Positions 36,896 through 46,800 of a DNA stretch of 64,000 bases are shown here, piece after piece. The notes beneath the pieces are model-generated. The model made no database searches. It was not told the origin of the DNA and saw only the letters and a program-made list of their open reading frames with translations. How positions within the stretch are numbered: position 1 is the first letter of the stretch; each line of letters begins with the position of its first letter. The stretch spans positions 62,001-126,000 of IMG/VR virus record IMGVR_UViG_3300009514_000001; one strand, written 5' to 3'. The position numbers and the translations under genes are program-made.

Positions 36896-36920
36896 AAGAA
36901 CCCGCCGGAGCGGGTTCTTT
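36896..36920 (-). terminator. Intrinsic terminator, possibly bidirectional
   Basis: Perfect 10-bp stem AAGAACCCGC-CGGA-GCGGGTTCTT just after the stop at 36939. Confidence 0.75.
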
Positions 36921-36938
36921 GAGTGCGTCGGAGTTCGG

Positions 36939-37118
36939 CTAACTTCTGGCCTCTCGTATCTGCTCATCGATGCGCTCGATACGCTCCAAGACAGCTTCTC
37001 TCTGCTCGGCGGAGAGCGCTGGGTCGAAGAGTTGTTGGCGCAGTTGCCGACGCCTCTTTGTGAGGTGAGGAAGCCGAGTGGATCCCGGAATCTCACTCCG
37101 ATGGATGAAGTACGCCAT
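36939..37118 (-). CDS. Small hypothetical protein
   Basis: Fills the gap between the structural gene and the terminator; helical, charged sequence. Confidence 0.6.
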   Translation of the reverse strand: MAYFIHRSEIPGSTRLPHLTKRRRQLRQQLFDPALSAEQREAVLERIERIDEQIREARS

Positions 37119-37138
37119 CACAGGTCCAAGGTCAAACC

Positions 37139-40100
37139 TTACGGGTCGTTGCCGGGGAATACGGCCAGGGTCACCGAAGACGGGTCAGGAGTAGCTCGAC
37201 TGAAGCCCGTGAACATCGGCTTGCCTTCACAGCGGTACCGGTCCGCCGCCGCGTACCCTTCACCATACCCCGTCGGTCCGATGACGCCATCGAGCTGGAT
37301 GCCGTTGGTCTGACCCAGGCCATCTCCGAGGATGCCGTAGGTCAGGACAACCATCTGAATCTCGTCCCCGTGGCTCGTCGTGTTGACGGTCGCGAAGGCC
37401 TCCTCCTTGTAGTTGCGTACAAGCATGGCCTTGCAAGCCAGGATGCCTCCCTTGAGGACAGGGAGAACTGACGCCGGGAAGGACTCGCTGACCCAGTCGA
37501 TGGGGCCACCAGGGTTCTGTCCAGAGAGGACGAAAGACGAGCCGCCGCCTCGGTACAAGCGGAACCGCTTGGTTCCCGTCGGGGCCGTGGATGCGTTGAA
37601 CGCCTCATAGCGAAGGATGGCACCGTCGCTCATCGCGACGAGCTGCCCCGGGTCGCCCATGAACCGGTCGAAGCTGTCGCCGCCAGTAGTCAGAGGGAGG
37701 ACCGTCTGCACCGGCCTGAGGCGAGGAGTCGCTGTCGCGAACGCGCTGGCCTGGTCGTTGAGGGGGTTCTCCCCGATGAAGTCCGAGTCCTGGAGCAGGA
37801 TGCCCAGGGGCAGACGCTCCGTCATACCCGTGAGCTGGAGCTGGCTGGTGCCGTCTCCGGCATTGTTGACCAGGTCCCTGCCCCCCGCGAAATTGGCTCG
37901 GGTGACCCGTGAGTTCTTCGGCTCGTTGAAGGGACCGACGTTGTCGAACGGAACCGCCAACGTGAGGGAGCGGTCGCTTCCTGTCCCCGGCGTCCACGAG
38001 ACCTCAATGCCGTTGCCCCGGCTGCCATCCACCAGGGAAGTGAGGATGACGTTGTTGCCCTCCGCGTTGGCGTTCAGGGTGAAGCGAAGGTCAGGGTGGG
38101 CGCTAAGGACGGCAGCCAGATCTGCTGTCGTCGCCTCTCGATCTGCCGGAATCTCTCGGAACTCGGTGATGGTCGCAGGAGTCGTAGACACCCCCGTGAA
38201 TGTAACGACGGTGCCGTCCAACTTGTGGATGGTGATTGTCGCTCCGATGAGGGAGAGATCCTCGCCGCCTTGGAGGGTGGCCCCCGAGACCACGAGCTGG
38301 GCTGTCGAACTCACCAGGGTCACCGCATTGCCGACAGCTCCAGGGGCAAAGGCCGTTAGGATGACGACATCCCCGTTTCTCGTTGCGGTCACGGTTCCCG
38401 TGAATGAATTGGCTCCGTCGTTGAGGGCGGCCACGATGTCGGCCGCCGCGGTTGCCCCGCCGCCCGTCACATCGAAATCATCAGAACCCGGAGTCCTGGA
38501 GCCGGCAACGCCGGTCAGGGGGACACCACCAATCGTGAGGATGTCGCCGGGAAGAGGCGCCAGAACCTGGACGGTACCGGTCGCCTTGATGTCACCAGGC
38601 GAGGCCACTGCGAGGGCCAGACCACCCCGGTCTACGCCCTCCTTCTGCCCCTCAGTGAAAGTCCTGGTCAGGACCCTGTTACTGGGGGTCGTCTGGCTCG
38701 GCGGGAGGCGGGAGGACGCGCTGACAGTGTCCTCCGTGTAGCCGGCGTCGAGAGGCGTTCCGGGGAACAGCTCGCCACCGACCTTGCCAGTGCCCAAGGT
38801 CGTGAAGAAGTCGATACTCGCCAGAACTTCGAAGGCCCTGGGGTTCGGGGTCTCGACCTGGAGGTCGCCGTTGGAGTCGAACTGCTCGATGGGCTCGTTC
38901 AGGAAGAACGCATCAGAGGTGGCGACCTGTCCGTAACGGGCCTCATAGTCCGAGGTCGTCCTCGTTGAACCCTCGCGGGACATGAAGGGGTCACCCTGGT
39001 ACGGCGTCCGGTTGAACCCGGCGTACCAGCGGTCGTTGAGCTGTGCCGCCGAGGGGACGGTCATCTGAATCAGCTCCAGCTCGGGGTTGGAACCGTCCAG
39101 GACCAGAGCACCCGTGCCCGTGTGGCGTCGAGCGATGACGTAGTTGTTCTCGTTGATGAACCCCTGGGCGAACCCGAACACGGCCGCCTCGACCACGTAC
39201 TCGAAGTCCGTGAACTGGTCCTTCGAGCCCGAGACGAAGTTGGGGCTCAGGGAGACATCAAGGGCCTCCTGAGGGATGATGTAGGTGTGGTCACCGTCCG
39301 TCAGGGTGAGGTCCTTGGCGCCGTCCTGGAGCACGAACAGCGTCTGCTGCTCCGCGTCCGTCTTGAGGAGGTTTGTCGGCGGGTCCGCCACTGCCGTCAC
39401 ACGGTCAGCCCCGAAGGTCAGACCGCCCTTGGCGATGAAGTCGTCGCGGTCGTAAACCCCGTAGAGACGGGCAATGCCAAGGTATGGCGGAAGCTGGATA
39501 CCAACGAGACCCGCACCAAGGTCCGAAGACTGAACTGAGGCCAGACGGGCCGTGATATCCGCCGCCTCCGAGGTCAGGGTGCCGACAGTGGTAGTCAGAC
39601 GAGCCTGGTAGGCCGCCGTGCCCGGACCGACGATGGTCCCGTAGACGGAGTAGGCGTGTCCACTGGTCGTTCCCGTCTGGAGGTAGAGAGGAAGGACCAG
39701 GTTGCCGGCACTGGTGTTGTCCTGACCACCGATGGCGCTGAACACCGGCAACGTCGGGTCGACGGCGTCAGTGAACAGGTGGTTGATGCCGTTGAGGAAC
39801 GTGCCCGAGCCGACGCCGGTGATGTCGACATGGAAGGGGATGTCCTGGCGGCCGAACCGGGGCATATACTCCGAAGGCACCGGGAAGCCCATCTTGAGGC
39901 CGGTGGTGAGGATGCCCGCACCGTCCTTAGGGATGGCGCCCGGATAGGTCGTGCTGCCCAAGAGACTCGGGTCGGCCTCCGTGGTGATGGCTTTGAGGGT
40001 CATCGACTGGTCCTGGAACGGACGAATGACCAGGGTCTTCGACCCCTTGTCGACGAAGACCTCGTGCTCGCGGTCCTGCTCGCTGAAGGCTACGACGTTG

Positions 40101-42967
40101 CCGCCAAAGTCCGTCGCCTTGGGGGAGCTGTTCTCCCCCAGGCCGAGAGACGGGAGGCGGTTCCAGAGACCGACAGGAGCCGTGTCGAAGAACGTCTCCT
40201 GATCCGGGATGCCCGACTCCGAGGGGAACGAGGTGTCGACCGTGCCGATGGCCTGGCGCAGGTAGGTGTTGCCGCCCTGGACCAGGCTGACCCTCCAGAG
40301 GTCATCTGGGATGCGGGCCATGCCTCCGCGGCCGGGATGGTAGAGCAAAGCGCAGGATATTTGCAGCTTGCTCGCAATCTGGCTCGGGATGCTGTGGTCG
40401 AACCCAGTTCCGGCACCGAGGTTGGTGGAGTTCCATGGGTTCGCCGTATCCAGCACCGAACCCTGGATGTCCGTGAGGACAACGGCCAGGGCTGGGTCGG
40501 AGGCAGCGAAGCCGGAACCGTCTTCGGCGTTCGTGATCTGGCTTCGGAATTCAGCCGTGAGCGTCTCGCCCGCAGCGATGGTGAAGTCCGTCACACCCGC
40601 ACTCAGGGGCTCTACAACGACGCTGGTGGCGTTCGAGGCATCCTGAGTCGTGTATCCCGCTGTACCCGCTCCGACGACCTTGAAGCAGCCGTTGTTCTCC
40701 CTGAAGGCCGTGTCTCCATAGAGGACGATGTAGACCTCGGAGCTGCGCCCCGTGTTGTCCCGCCCGCCGTTGGTGAGCATGTCGAACAGGGTTCTCTGAT
40801 TTCGCAGGAGAGCCGTGGTGACGGCCGTGGGGTCGTTGGCGAAGTTGCCAGAGCCGTCCAGAGTGTAGAACCCTCCCAGGACATCGAAATCGATGCCCAG
40901 GTCAATCTCCGGACCGGCGACAAGGCCAGGGGACGCACTGCCGACAGAGTCGGAGTCCAGACCCGCAATCTTGAGTGAGGAGTCCAACAGGCCGCCAAGC
41001 ACGATGAATGGCCGTTCGAAGTTGGTCTCTCGTAGGGGGTAGAACGGCCCCGGGTGCTTCGCATCCGCCGCCGGGTCTGCGGTCAGCTCGCCAGGCGCCA
41101 GGGGGTGTTGGGCGTACTGGTCGAGGGCCCTGATGGACACCGGGTGCTGGAGGCCGGTACCGTCATCGGGGAAGCTCGTCTTCCAGTACTCTGCCGGGGC
41201 CACGAAACGGACAGCGCGCTCACTGCCATCTCGGAACGTCGCTCGGGCACCCTGGGTGCCGTTGTCGCCTCCGATATGAAGGAAGAACACCGAGCCGTCG
41301 CCGAAGCTGCCGGTAGCGCCGAGGTTGTTTACGAAGCCTGAAGGCTTGAAGTCGGCTCCGACGTCCCAAGAGACTGTGCTGTCGAACTGGTCCGTCGTAA
41401 ACCCGCCAGTGAGGGCAGCGTCGTTGTCGCAGAGGACGGTGACGTCCGTCTGCAAAGAGGCGCTGTCAGAGAACACCGTGCGAATGCCGTCAGGGCCATC
41501 CACGGGTTCGGTCTGGTTGAGGGCTGCCGTAGTTCCATCAGCATGGAGAAGGTCGACCTCGACCACACTCGGTCCCTGGGTGTCGCCCACTGCACTCTTC
41601 TTCCAAGAGGAGCGGAGGCGGTTCTCAGCGAGAGCAGCGATGTTGTGGAGGAGAATGCGCTGGTAGTCCCACTCGCCCGGAGTTACCGAGCGACGCAGGT
41701 CATGGATGTCCCGCCCCCCAACCTCGTCGGCGAACAGGCCGTCGGGACGGGCGCTGAAGAACTCAATGATGGCACCCGCCTCGTGGCGGGTTGCCCGAGT
41801 AGCCCCTCGACCGCGGCCACCTGACGGGATGGTGATGGTTCCTGGAGTAGGGGCGGAGTCGACCGACGAGACGCCGATGATTTCGCCGTCGATGACCATG
41901 AAGACGTTGGACAGGATATGCTTCGGGTCGTCGAAGCCGCTGTCGACCAGGTTGTCCACCTGGATGACGCCCGTAGCCGTCGGACTCAGGGCATTCGTCA
42001 GAGTTGCCGTCGCCAGGGTCTTGGCGCCCTCTCTCGGGTCCGTCAGGAAGCTCGCCGAGGGGTTGCGGTTGAACGCGCCGTTCTGGTTCGGGTTGCCAGC
42101 GAGGTTGGCCGCCGTGAACGTGCTGGTGTTGCGTCGGAACACAACGCACAGAGGGATGGCGTAGACGTAGCCGTCAGCCGTACCCAGGGCACTGTTCGAG
42201 TTGCCGTCGCCGGCACGCCAGAGGCTGGGGTCTCCCAACTCGTCTCGCATGTTGGAGAAGGCGAACCCAGTGACTGGAGAGGTCGACGTCCCCTGTCCGA
42301 GCACGTTGGGATCTCCGAGGCCATCCGGGTAGACATCCAGAGCCACACTGGAGCCCAGACCTTCTCCCGAGCCGAAGACACGAAGGCGGTACTGAAGCTG
42401 AACTCGACGGGTCGTCTCGAACCCGATGGCCGGATCTTGGAGATCGTCATCGAGATTCGCTTGACCAAATTCGACGTTGCCAAACTTCCAAATCTTGTCC
42501 GCAGCGGGCTTGTTGGTCGTCGCGGGGTTGGGTTGGATCAGAGCGAGCCAGGCCTCCAAGAACACGAAGTCAGTGCGGCTGTCGGACGACGGAGGGGGGC
42601 TGAGGCGGATGCGATTACTGACGTCACCAGTGGTAGAAAGCTGGGTGCCTCCGACTGGAATGAGCCATCCATTGATGTTGGCCCACAGCACTGGAGTGGT
42701 CTCCTCCGCAGCCGGGTTACCGACCTTGAAGAAGTTCGACCAGCTCTTGTCGGTCAGGAAGTCCTGACTGGCCAGGGTCGGGTCGATAAGCCATCCAGAG
42801 GGCATCACCCGACGAACGTAGTTCGAGAGGGACTCGAACTGGACCTGTTGGGCCAGGTTGAATTCGTGGTCGAGGGGTGGCTTACCCCTCTGGGCGACCA
42901 CAGTGATGAACTGTCGCTGCTCTGGGGTCAGCGTCCGTGCAACGCCGTTGCCAAGATTGATGCTCAT
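37139..42967 (-). CDS. Putative tail/baseplate structural protein, 1942 aa, paralogue of 58376-62062
   Basis: N-terminal VVAQRGKPPLDHEFN; G/T/A/D-rich; shares RTDFVFLE.WLAL, RVQLQYR and DGYVYAIP..VFRRN blocks with the paralogue. Confidence 0.75.
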   Translation of the reverse strand: MSINLGNGVARTLTPEQRQFITVVAQRGKPPLDHEFNLAQQVQFESLSNYVRRVMPSGWLIDPTLASQDFLTDKSWSNFFKVGNPAAEETTPVLWANINGWLIPVGGTQLSTTGDVSNRIRLSPPPSSDSRTDFVFLEAWLALIQPNPATTNKPAADKIWKFGNVEFGQANLDDDLQDPAIGFETTRRVQLQYRLRVFGSGEGLGSSVALDVYPDGLGDPNVLGQGTSTSPVTGFAFSNMRDELGDPSLWRAGDGNSNSALGTADGYVYAIPLCVVFRRNTSTFTAANLAGNPNQNGAFNRNPSASFLTDPREGAKTLATATLTNALSPTATGVIQVDNLVDSGFDDPKHILSNVFMVIDGEIIGVSSVDSAPTPGTITIPSGGRGRGATRATRHEAGAIIEFFSARPDGLFADEVGGRDIHDLRRSVTPGEWDYQRILLHNIAALAENRLRSSWKKSAVGDTQGPSVVEVDLLHADGTTAALNQTEPVDGPDGIRTVFSDSASLQTDVTVLCDNDAALTGGFTTDQFDSTVSWDVGADFKPSGFVNNLGATGSFGDGSVFFLHIGGDNGTQGARATFRDGSERAVRFVAPAEYWKTSFPDDGTGLQHPVSIRALDQYAQHPLAPGELTADPAADAKHPGPFYPLRETNFERPFIVLGGLLDSSLKIAGLDSDSVGSASPGLVAGPEIDLGIDFDVLGGFYTLDGSGNFANDPTAVTTALLRNQRTLFDMLTNGGRDNTGRSSEVYIVLYGDTAFRENNGCFKVVGAGTAGYTTQDASNATSVVVEPLSAGVTDFTIAAGETLTAEFRSQITNAEDGSGFAASDPALAVVLTDIQGSVLDTANPWNSTNLGAGTGFDHSIPSQIASKLQISCALLYHPGRGGMARIPDDLWRVSLVQGGNTYLRQAIGTVDTSFPSESGIPDQETFFDTAPVGLWNRLPSLGLGENSSPKATDFGGNVVAFSEQDREHEVFVDKGSKTLVIRPFQDQSMTLKAITTEADPSLLGSTTYPGAIPKDGAGILTTGLKMGFPVPSEYMPRFGRQDIPFHVDITGVGSGTFLNGINHLFTDAVDPTLPVFSAIGGQDNTSAGNLVLPLYLQTGTTSGHAYSVYGTIVGPGTAAYQARLTTTVGTLTSEAADITARLASVQSSDLGAGLVGIQLPPYLGIARLYGVYDRDDFIAKGGLTFGADRVTAVADPPTNLLKTDAEQQTLFVLQDGAKDLTLTDGDHTYIIPQEALDVSLSPNFVSGSKDQFTDFEYVVEAAVFGFAQGFINENNYVIARRHTGTGALVLDGSNPELELIQMTVPSAAQLNDRWYAGFNRTPYQGDPFMSREGSTRTTSDYEARYGQVATSDAFFLNEPIEQFDSNGDLQVETPNPRAFEVLASIDFFTTLGTGKVGGELFPGTPLDAGYTEDTVSASSRLPPSQTTPSNRVLTRTFTEGQKEGVDRGGLALAVASPGDIKATGTVQVLAPLPGDILTIGGVPLTGVAGSRTPGSDDFDVTGGGATAAADIVAALNDGANSFTGTVTATRNGDVVILTAFAPGAVGNAVTLVSSTAQLVVSGATLQGGEDLSLIGATITIHKLDGTVVTFTGVSTTPATITEFREIPADREATTADLAAVLSAHPDLRFTLNANAEGNNVILTSLVDGSRGNGIEVSWTPGTGSDRSLTLAVPFDNVGPFNEPKNSRVTRANFAGGRDLVNNAGDGTSQLQLTGMTERLPLGILLQDSDFIGENPLNDQASAFATATPRLRPVQTVLPLTTGGDSFDRFMGDPGQLVAMSDGAILRYEAFNASTAPTGTKRFRLYRGGGSSFVLSGQNPGGPIDWVSESFPASVLPVLKGGILACKAMLVRNYKEEAFATVNTTSHGDEIQMVVLTYGILGDGLGQTNGIQLDGVIGPTGYGEGYAAADRYRCEGKPMFTGFSRATPDPSSVTLAVFPGNDP

Positions 42968-43025
42968 CGATACGTCCTCAGCGCTCTGTCAGCAGATGTC
43001 CGTCGGTCAGGTTCGGAGCACTCTC

Positions 43026-43065
43026 CTAGCCTCAACCATAGACAGGCTAGCGACAACCATACAGC
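43026..43065 (-). promoter_or_regulatory. Intergenic direct repeat with 21-bp period
   Basis: CTAGCnnCAACCATA occurs at 43026 and 43047, upstream of the 1942-aa gene. Confidence 0.35.
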
Positions 43066-43067
43066 GC

Positions 43068-43850
43068 TCAGAACAGGACAGCATAGGCCCCCAGGTAGAC
43101 CTTGTCCGAACCTGTGTTGGTGAAGGCCAGACGCAACTCTGTACTGGGGGCACAGTTGGTGAGAGGTTCCAGGAAGCCTACAGGCATGAAGGAGGCTCCG
43201 TCATCGAGACTCAGAGCCACCACAATCTCCGGGGCCTCCTGGTCGATCTCTTCGATAGACCTTACCGCGGGCTGGTTGATTCCGTTGAACACTCCGAACG
43301 ACGACATGATGTCCTGGCTGGTCGAGTACCTGTAGACCTTCCAGTAGACCATGAACTCGGTAGCCCCCGAAGGAGCTATGGCCGAGATATCGATGGTGTC
43401 CGTGATGATAAGCCCAGGCCTCGGAGGGGTCGTCTGGTTGTTCGGTGCCAGGACGGCAGTCGAACCAGGGGTCAACCCTGTCTGGGGACCCGAACCCCTC
43501 CCGGTCTGGAATCGAGGAGAGAAGGACCCCGTGAACGGTGCCGCAATGACCTGGTTGGTCGTGTTGTCGAGCACCGCCGACGGGTCGAGGTCTGCCGCGT
43601 CGCCCGCCTCCAAGAGGGGATTGAACACGATGTTCTCGAACATCGGGAACCGGGCCAGAAGCTCCTGCATCGCCAAGCTGGTGAAGTCGCCTCCATCTAC
43701 AGGGAGGACGTAAGAGGAGCTGTCCACGGTGATAGACCCCGCCGGTGCCTCGATGGGGTACTTCCCATTGATCTGGGTGAAGTCTCCCACAGCCGGAGAG
43801 CGCTCCACCTGGAGGATTTCATTCGTTGGTAGGTCTACCAGGACTCTCAT
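43068..43850 (-). CDS. Putative structural protein, 260 aa
   Basis: Lies inside the structural operon; composition similar to its neighbours. Confidence 0.7.
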   Translation of the reverse strand: MRVLVDLPTNEILQVERSPAVGDFTQINGKYPIEAPAGSITVDSSSYVLPVDGGDFTSLAMQELLARFPMFENIVFNPLLEAGDAADLDPSAVLDNTTNQVIAAPFTGSFSPRFQTGRGSGPQTGLTPGSTAVLAPNNQTTPPRPGLIITDTIDISAIAPSGATEFMVYWKVYRYSTSQDIMSSFGVFNGINQPAVRSIEEIDQEAPEIVVALSLDDGASFMPVGFLEPLTNCAPSTELRLAFTNTGSDKVYLGAYAVLF

Positions 43851-43853
43851 CTA

Positions 43854-46800
43854 TCAGCTCCCGTCGTCACCCAGGACATTCACGTTGTTGCTGTAGGCTG
43901 TGCCATCAGCAGTTTCGACATCGAACCCGACCTTTACAGCACCCACCCAACACCCGCTGGCGCTCGGGTCATCTTCCGCCGTACCCGCTGTCGGTTCCGG
44001 CTTCGCAGCGGGACCCGGCCCCACCGTCACCTCCAACCATACCCGGGCACCAGGCGGAAGCATCGAGCCCGAAGGCGTTGCGATACCGTATTTGTCCAGG
44101 ATGTTGTCAAGCCAGTTACCGACCTTGAACGGACGGGCCTCAGGCTGCTTGTTGTAGGGACGAGTCGTCTCCAGCGTCCTTCCGTGGGTCGCCAGGGTCA
44201 GGCTTCCAGACGTCGGGGGTGTGGCCGGGTCTACTGCCACCCGGTTGCCACCGCCGTCCTTGGGCGTGTCGAAGAAGTCGCCGACCGGGGTCAGCGCCAT
44301 CGTGAACGCGTGACTGCAAGTGCGTCCGCCGTAGGCCTCGGGGTTGCCGGCCACCGCACGGAACGAACCCGCGGTGCCCGACTGAGGCGCAGGGTACTGG
44401 GCCGAGTGAGTGACCGTGATGCCGGTCATCGTGGCCGCAGACAGAGAATCCGGAGCTGCTCGTCGGAACACCTCACCGTCCGCCACGAGACCGGAAGTGA
44501 ACGCCGAGCGAACACCGCCGGAGACTCTTGAGTCACGGGGGTGGGGGGACGCAAGGACTCGACTGAATCCAGGAGCCGTGAACGGACCTCCATTACCCGC
44601 GGTTGCGGTGTCGATACCACCCCACAAGACGGGCGTAGGCGGGTTGGCAAACAAACCAACGTCCTGATGGGAGTCTTGCGGGTTGCCGGCATCGCTACCT
44701 ACACCGAAGCCGTACTCTGGGTCACCGAGGACCCAGTCTGCGGCAGGGTTGCTGCCTGCACCAGAGTCAGAGTTGTAGCGAGGCTCCGGGCCACCGGTGA
44801 TGAACCGCTCCATGACGTTCGGCATCAGGTCGCCGGCTTCTCGGTTAACGTACAGAGGTACGACCACCGTGCCTCCCGGCCAGATGTCATCCCCGGAGTT
44901 GTCCGGGTGGGTGTAACTCGCCGTGGGAGCGCGGTCTCCGAAAGGAAGACCGGAAGTGCCAGAGGCCTGGGAGCGGACGAGGGAGAACAGACCCGTTCGT
45001 CGGACCTGAGACCCCGGTATCTCCACGACCAGGTTGAAGCACATGTAGAATTCGTCCAGGATATCGTTGACTGTCCCGCCCGTATTGTAGCCGGGGAGGT
45101 CGTCCTGGTTGCGGCTCGGGACGTCGTTGCCCCAGACGCCGAAGTTGACCCAGAGACGGGTCAGGCGAGCCCCCTTCGGAGCCTTGCCCGGGAACGGACT
45201 GTTGATACCACCACCAGGCTGCATGGCCTGGGTGAAAGCCTCCGACAGGTCGATGCGCAGCGTAGGCGGCGGCACCGAGGCATCGTAAATCCAGGAGTCG
45301 CGGACGGCCTTGGGCCAGTAGAGCTGCCACCACTCACCAGCTGGCGTCCAGCTGTAGGTGCTGTCCGCCAAAGTGGCCGGGAACGTGGAGGGTGCCAGGC
45401 TGTTGGCGTTGTGCAGCTCGGTGTGAGAACCGTAGTCGTTGCCGGCGCCGAACTGGTCCGCAAACCAGCCGTTCGCTATGAGACGAAGGTCTCCGACACG
45501 GCTCCTCGTTGCCCGGTGTCGGTCCATAAGGACCCAAGGCTCTGCGATGCCCAGAGGAGTCGACTCACGGGAGTCGACGACACCGACGGAGTCGACCATG
45601 GACACGGCCTTACCCATGCCGTCAGGACCGATGCCACTCGGGTTGTCGCTTGAGTGGCCGAGGATGACCGAGGACTTGGCGTGGCGGGGAGACACCGTGA
45701 CGATGCGCTCGCGCCCAATCGGCTGCAAGGCATACTGAGGAGGACGATTGTTCGCCCCCGTACTTGGAAGGTCCCCAGTGACGGTGTCTTGCCAGCTTCC
45801 CAGGACTCCCAGCGGGGAGTAGAGAATGACCTTCTCGGACAGGAGGGTCGCCCCTCCATCGACAGGACTCTGGTTGGGGAAGAAAATCTCGCAGTCGCCG
45901 CCGAGCACAATGTGGCCCGTGTTGGGACAGCGATTGATGCGGTAGAGATCGGTTTTGAGGGTCTCCACATCACCGCTTCTCGGCCAGCCCGAGGTCCACG
46001 CCTGGGTGTTTGGCAGAGTGCCTCCAAACCCGGAGTCGTCCTGGCTGCTGAGCTGGACACCGAACCGATGTAGGGCGGGCTTGATCAGGTGCAGGTACGA
46101 CCCGACGTTCTCCTCCAGCAGGGGGGCGCTGAAGACCCAACGAATACCCCGAGCTGCGGAGTACGCCTCGTAGTCGCCACCACTGTTCGGGTTGTTGGGG
46201 GCCGGAGAGCTGATGAACGCGGCGTTGTTTCGGTCGCCCGCACCGCGGTCAATCTGGGAGTTGTGTCCCTTGTAGCTGTAGAACCCAATGGAGAGAGCCG
46301 TGTCCTGGGTGCTGTGGTCGCGTCCGGCCCCGAGGTTGGCATCCATCGTCAGGAACTGAATGCGTAGTGTAGCGTCCTCTCCGGTGACCTCGGCCTGCTG
46401 AGTAGCGTCCAAGAGGGAGAGGTCATAGGTGACCTCCAGAGAGACACCCAGGGGGTGCATGGGGTTCGTGATTGCCGTCCAGACAATCCACCCCGCAACC
46501 GGACCACCCGTCAGACTGACGTTGTTACCGTTGAGGCGCACGTCACCGTTTGCGAACGTCGCGAGGGCGTCGCAGTCCGTGATGGTGGCCCCGTCAATCT
46601 CAGCGGCTGTGACAACCACGCTGAGAATGTTGGTTCCATCACTCTTCGTGACTTCCATGGTCAGGTCAGAGACCGAACCCGTCACGTTATCCCAGAGGGG
46701 AGCGGCACCATTGCTTGCTTCCGAGGCGTCGTTCCACTGGGTGTCTGCTACCGCGCGAATCAGAGGTGATCTCTCTACCAGAGGGAGGGCTCCGTCGAAC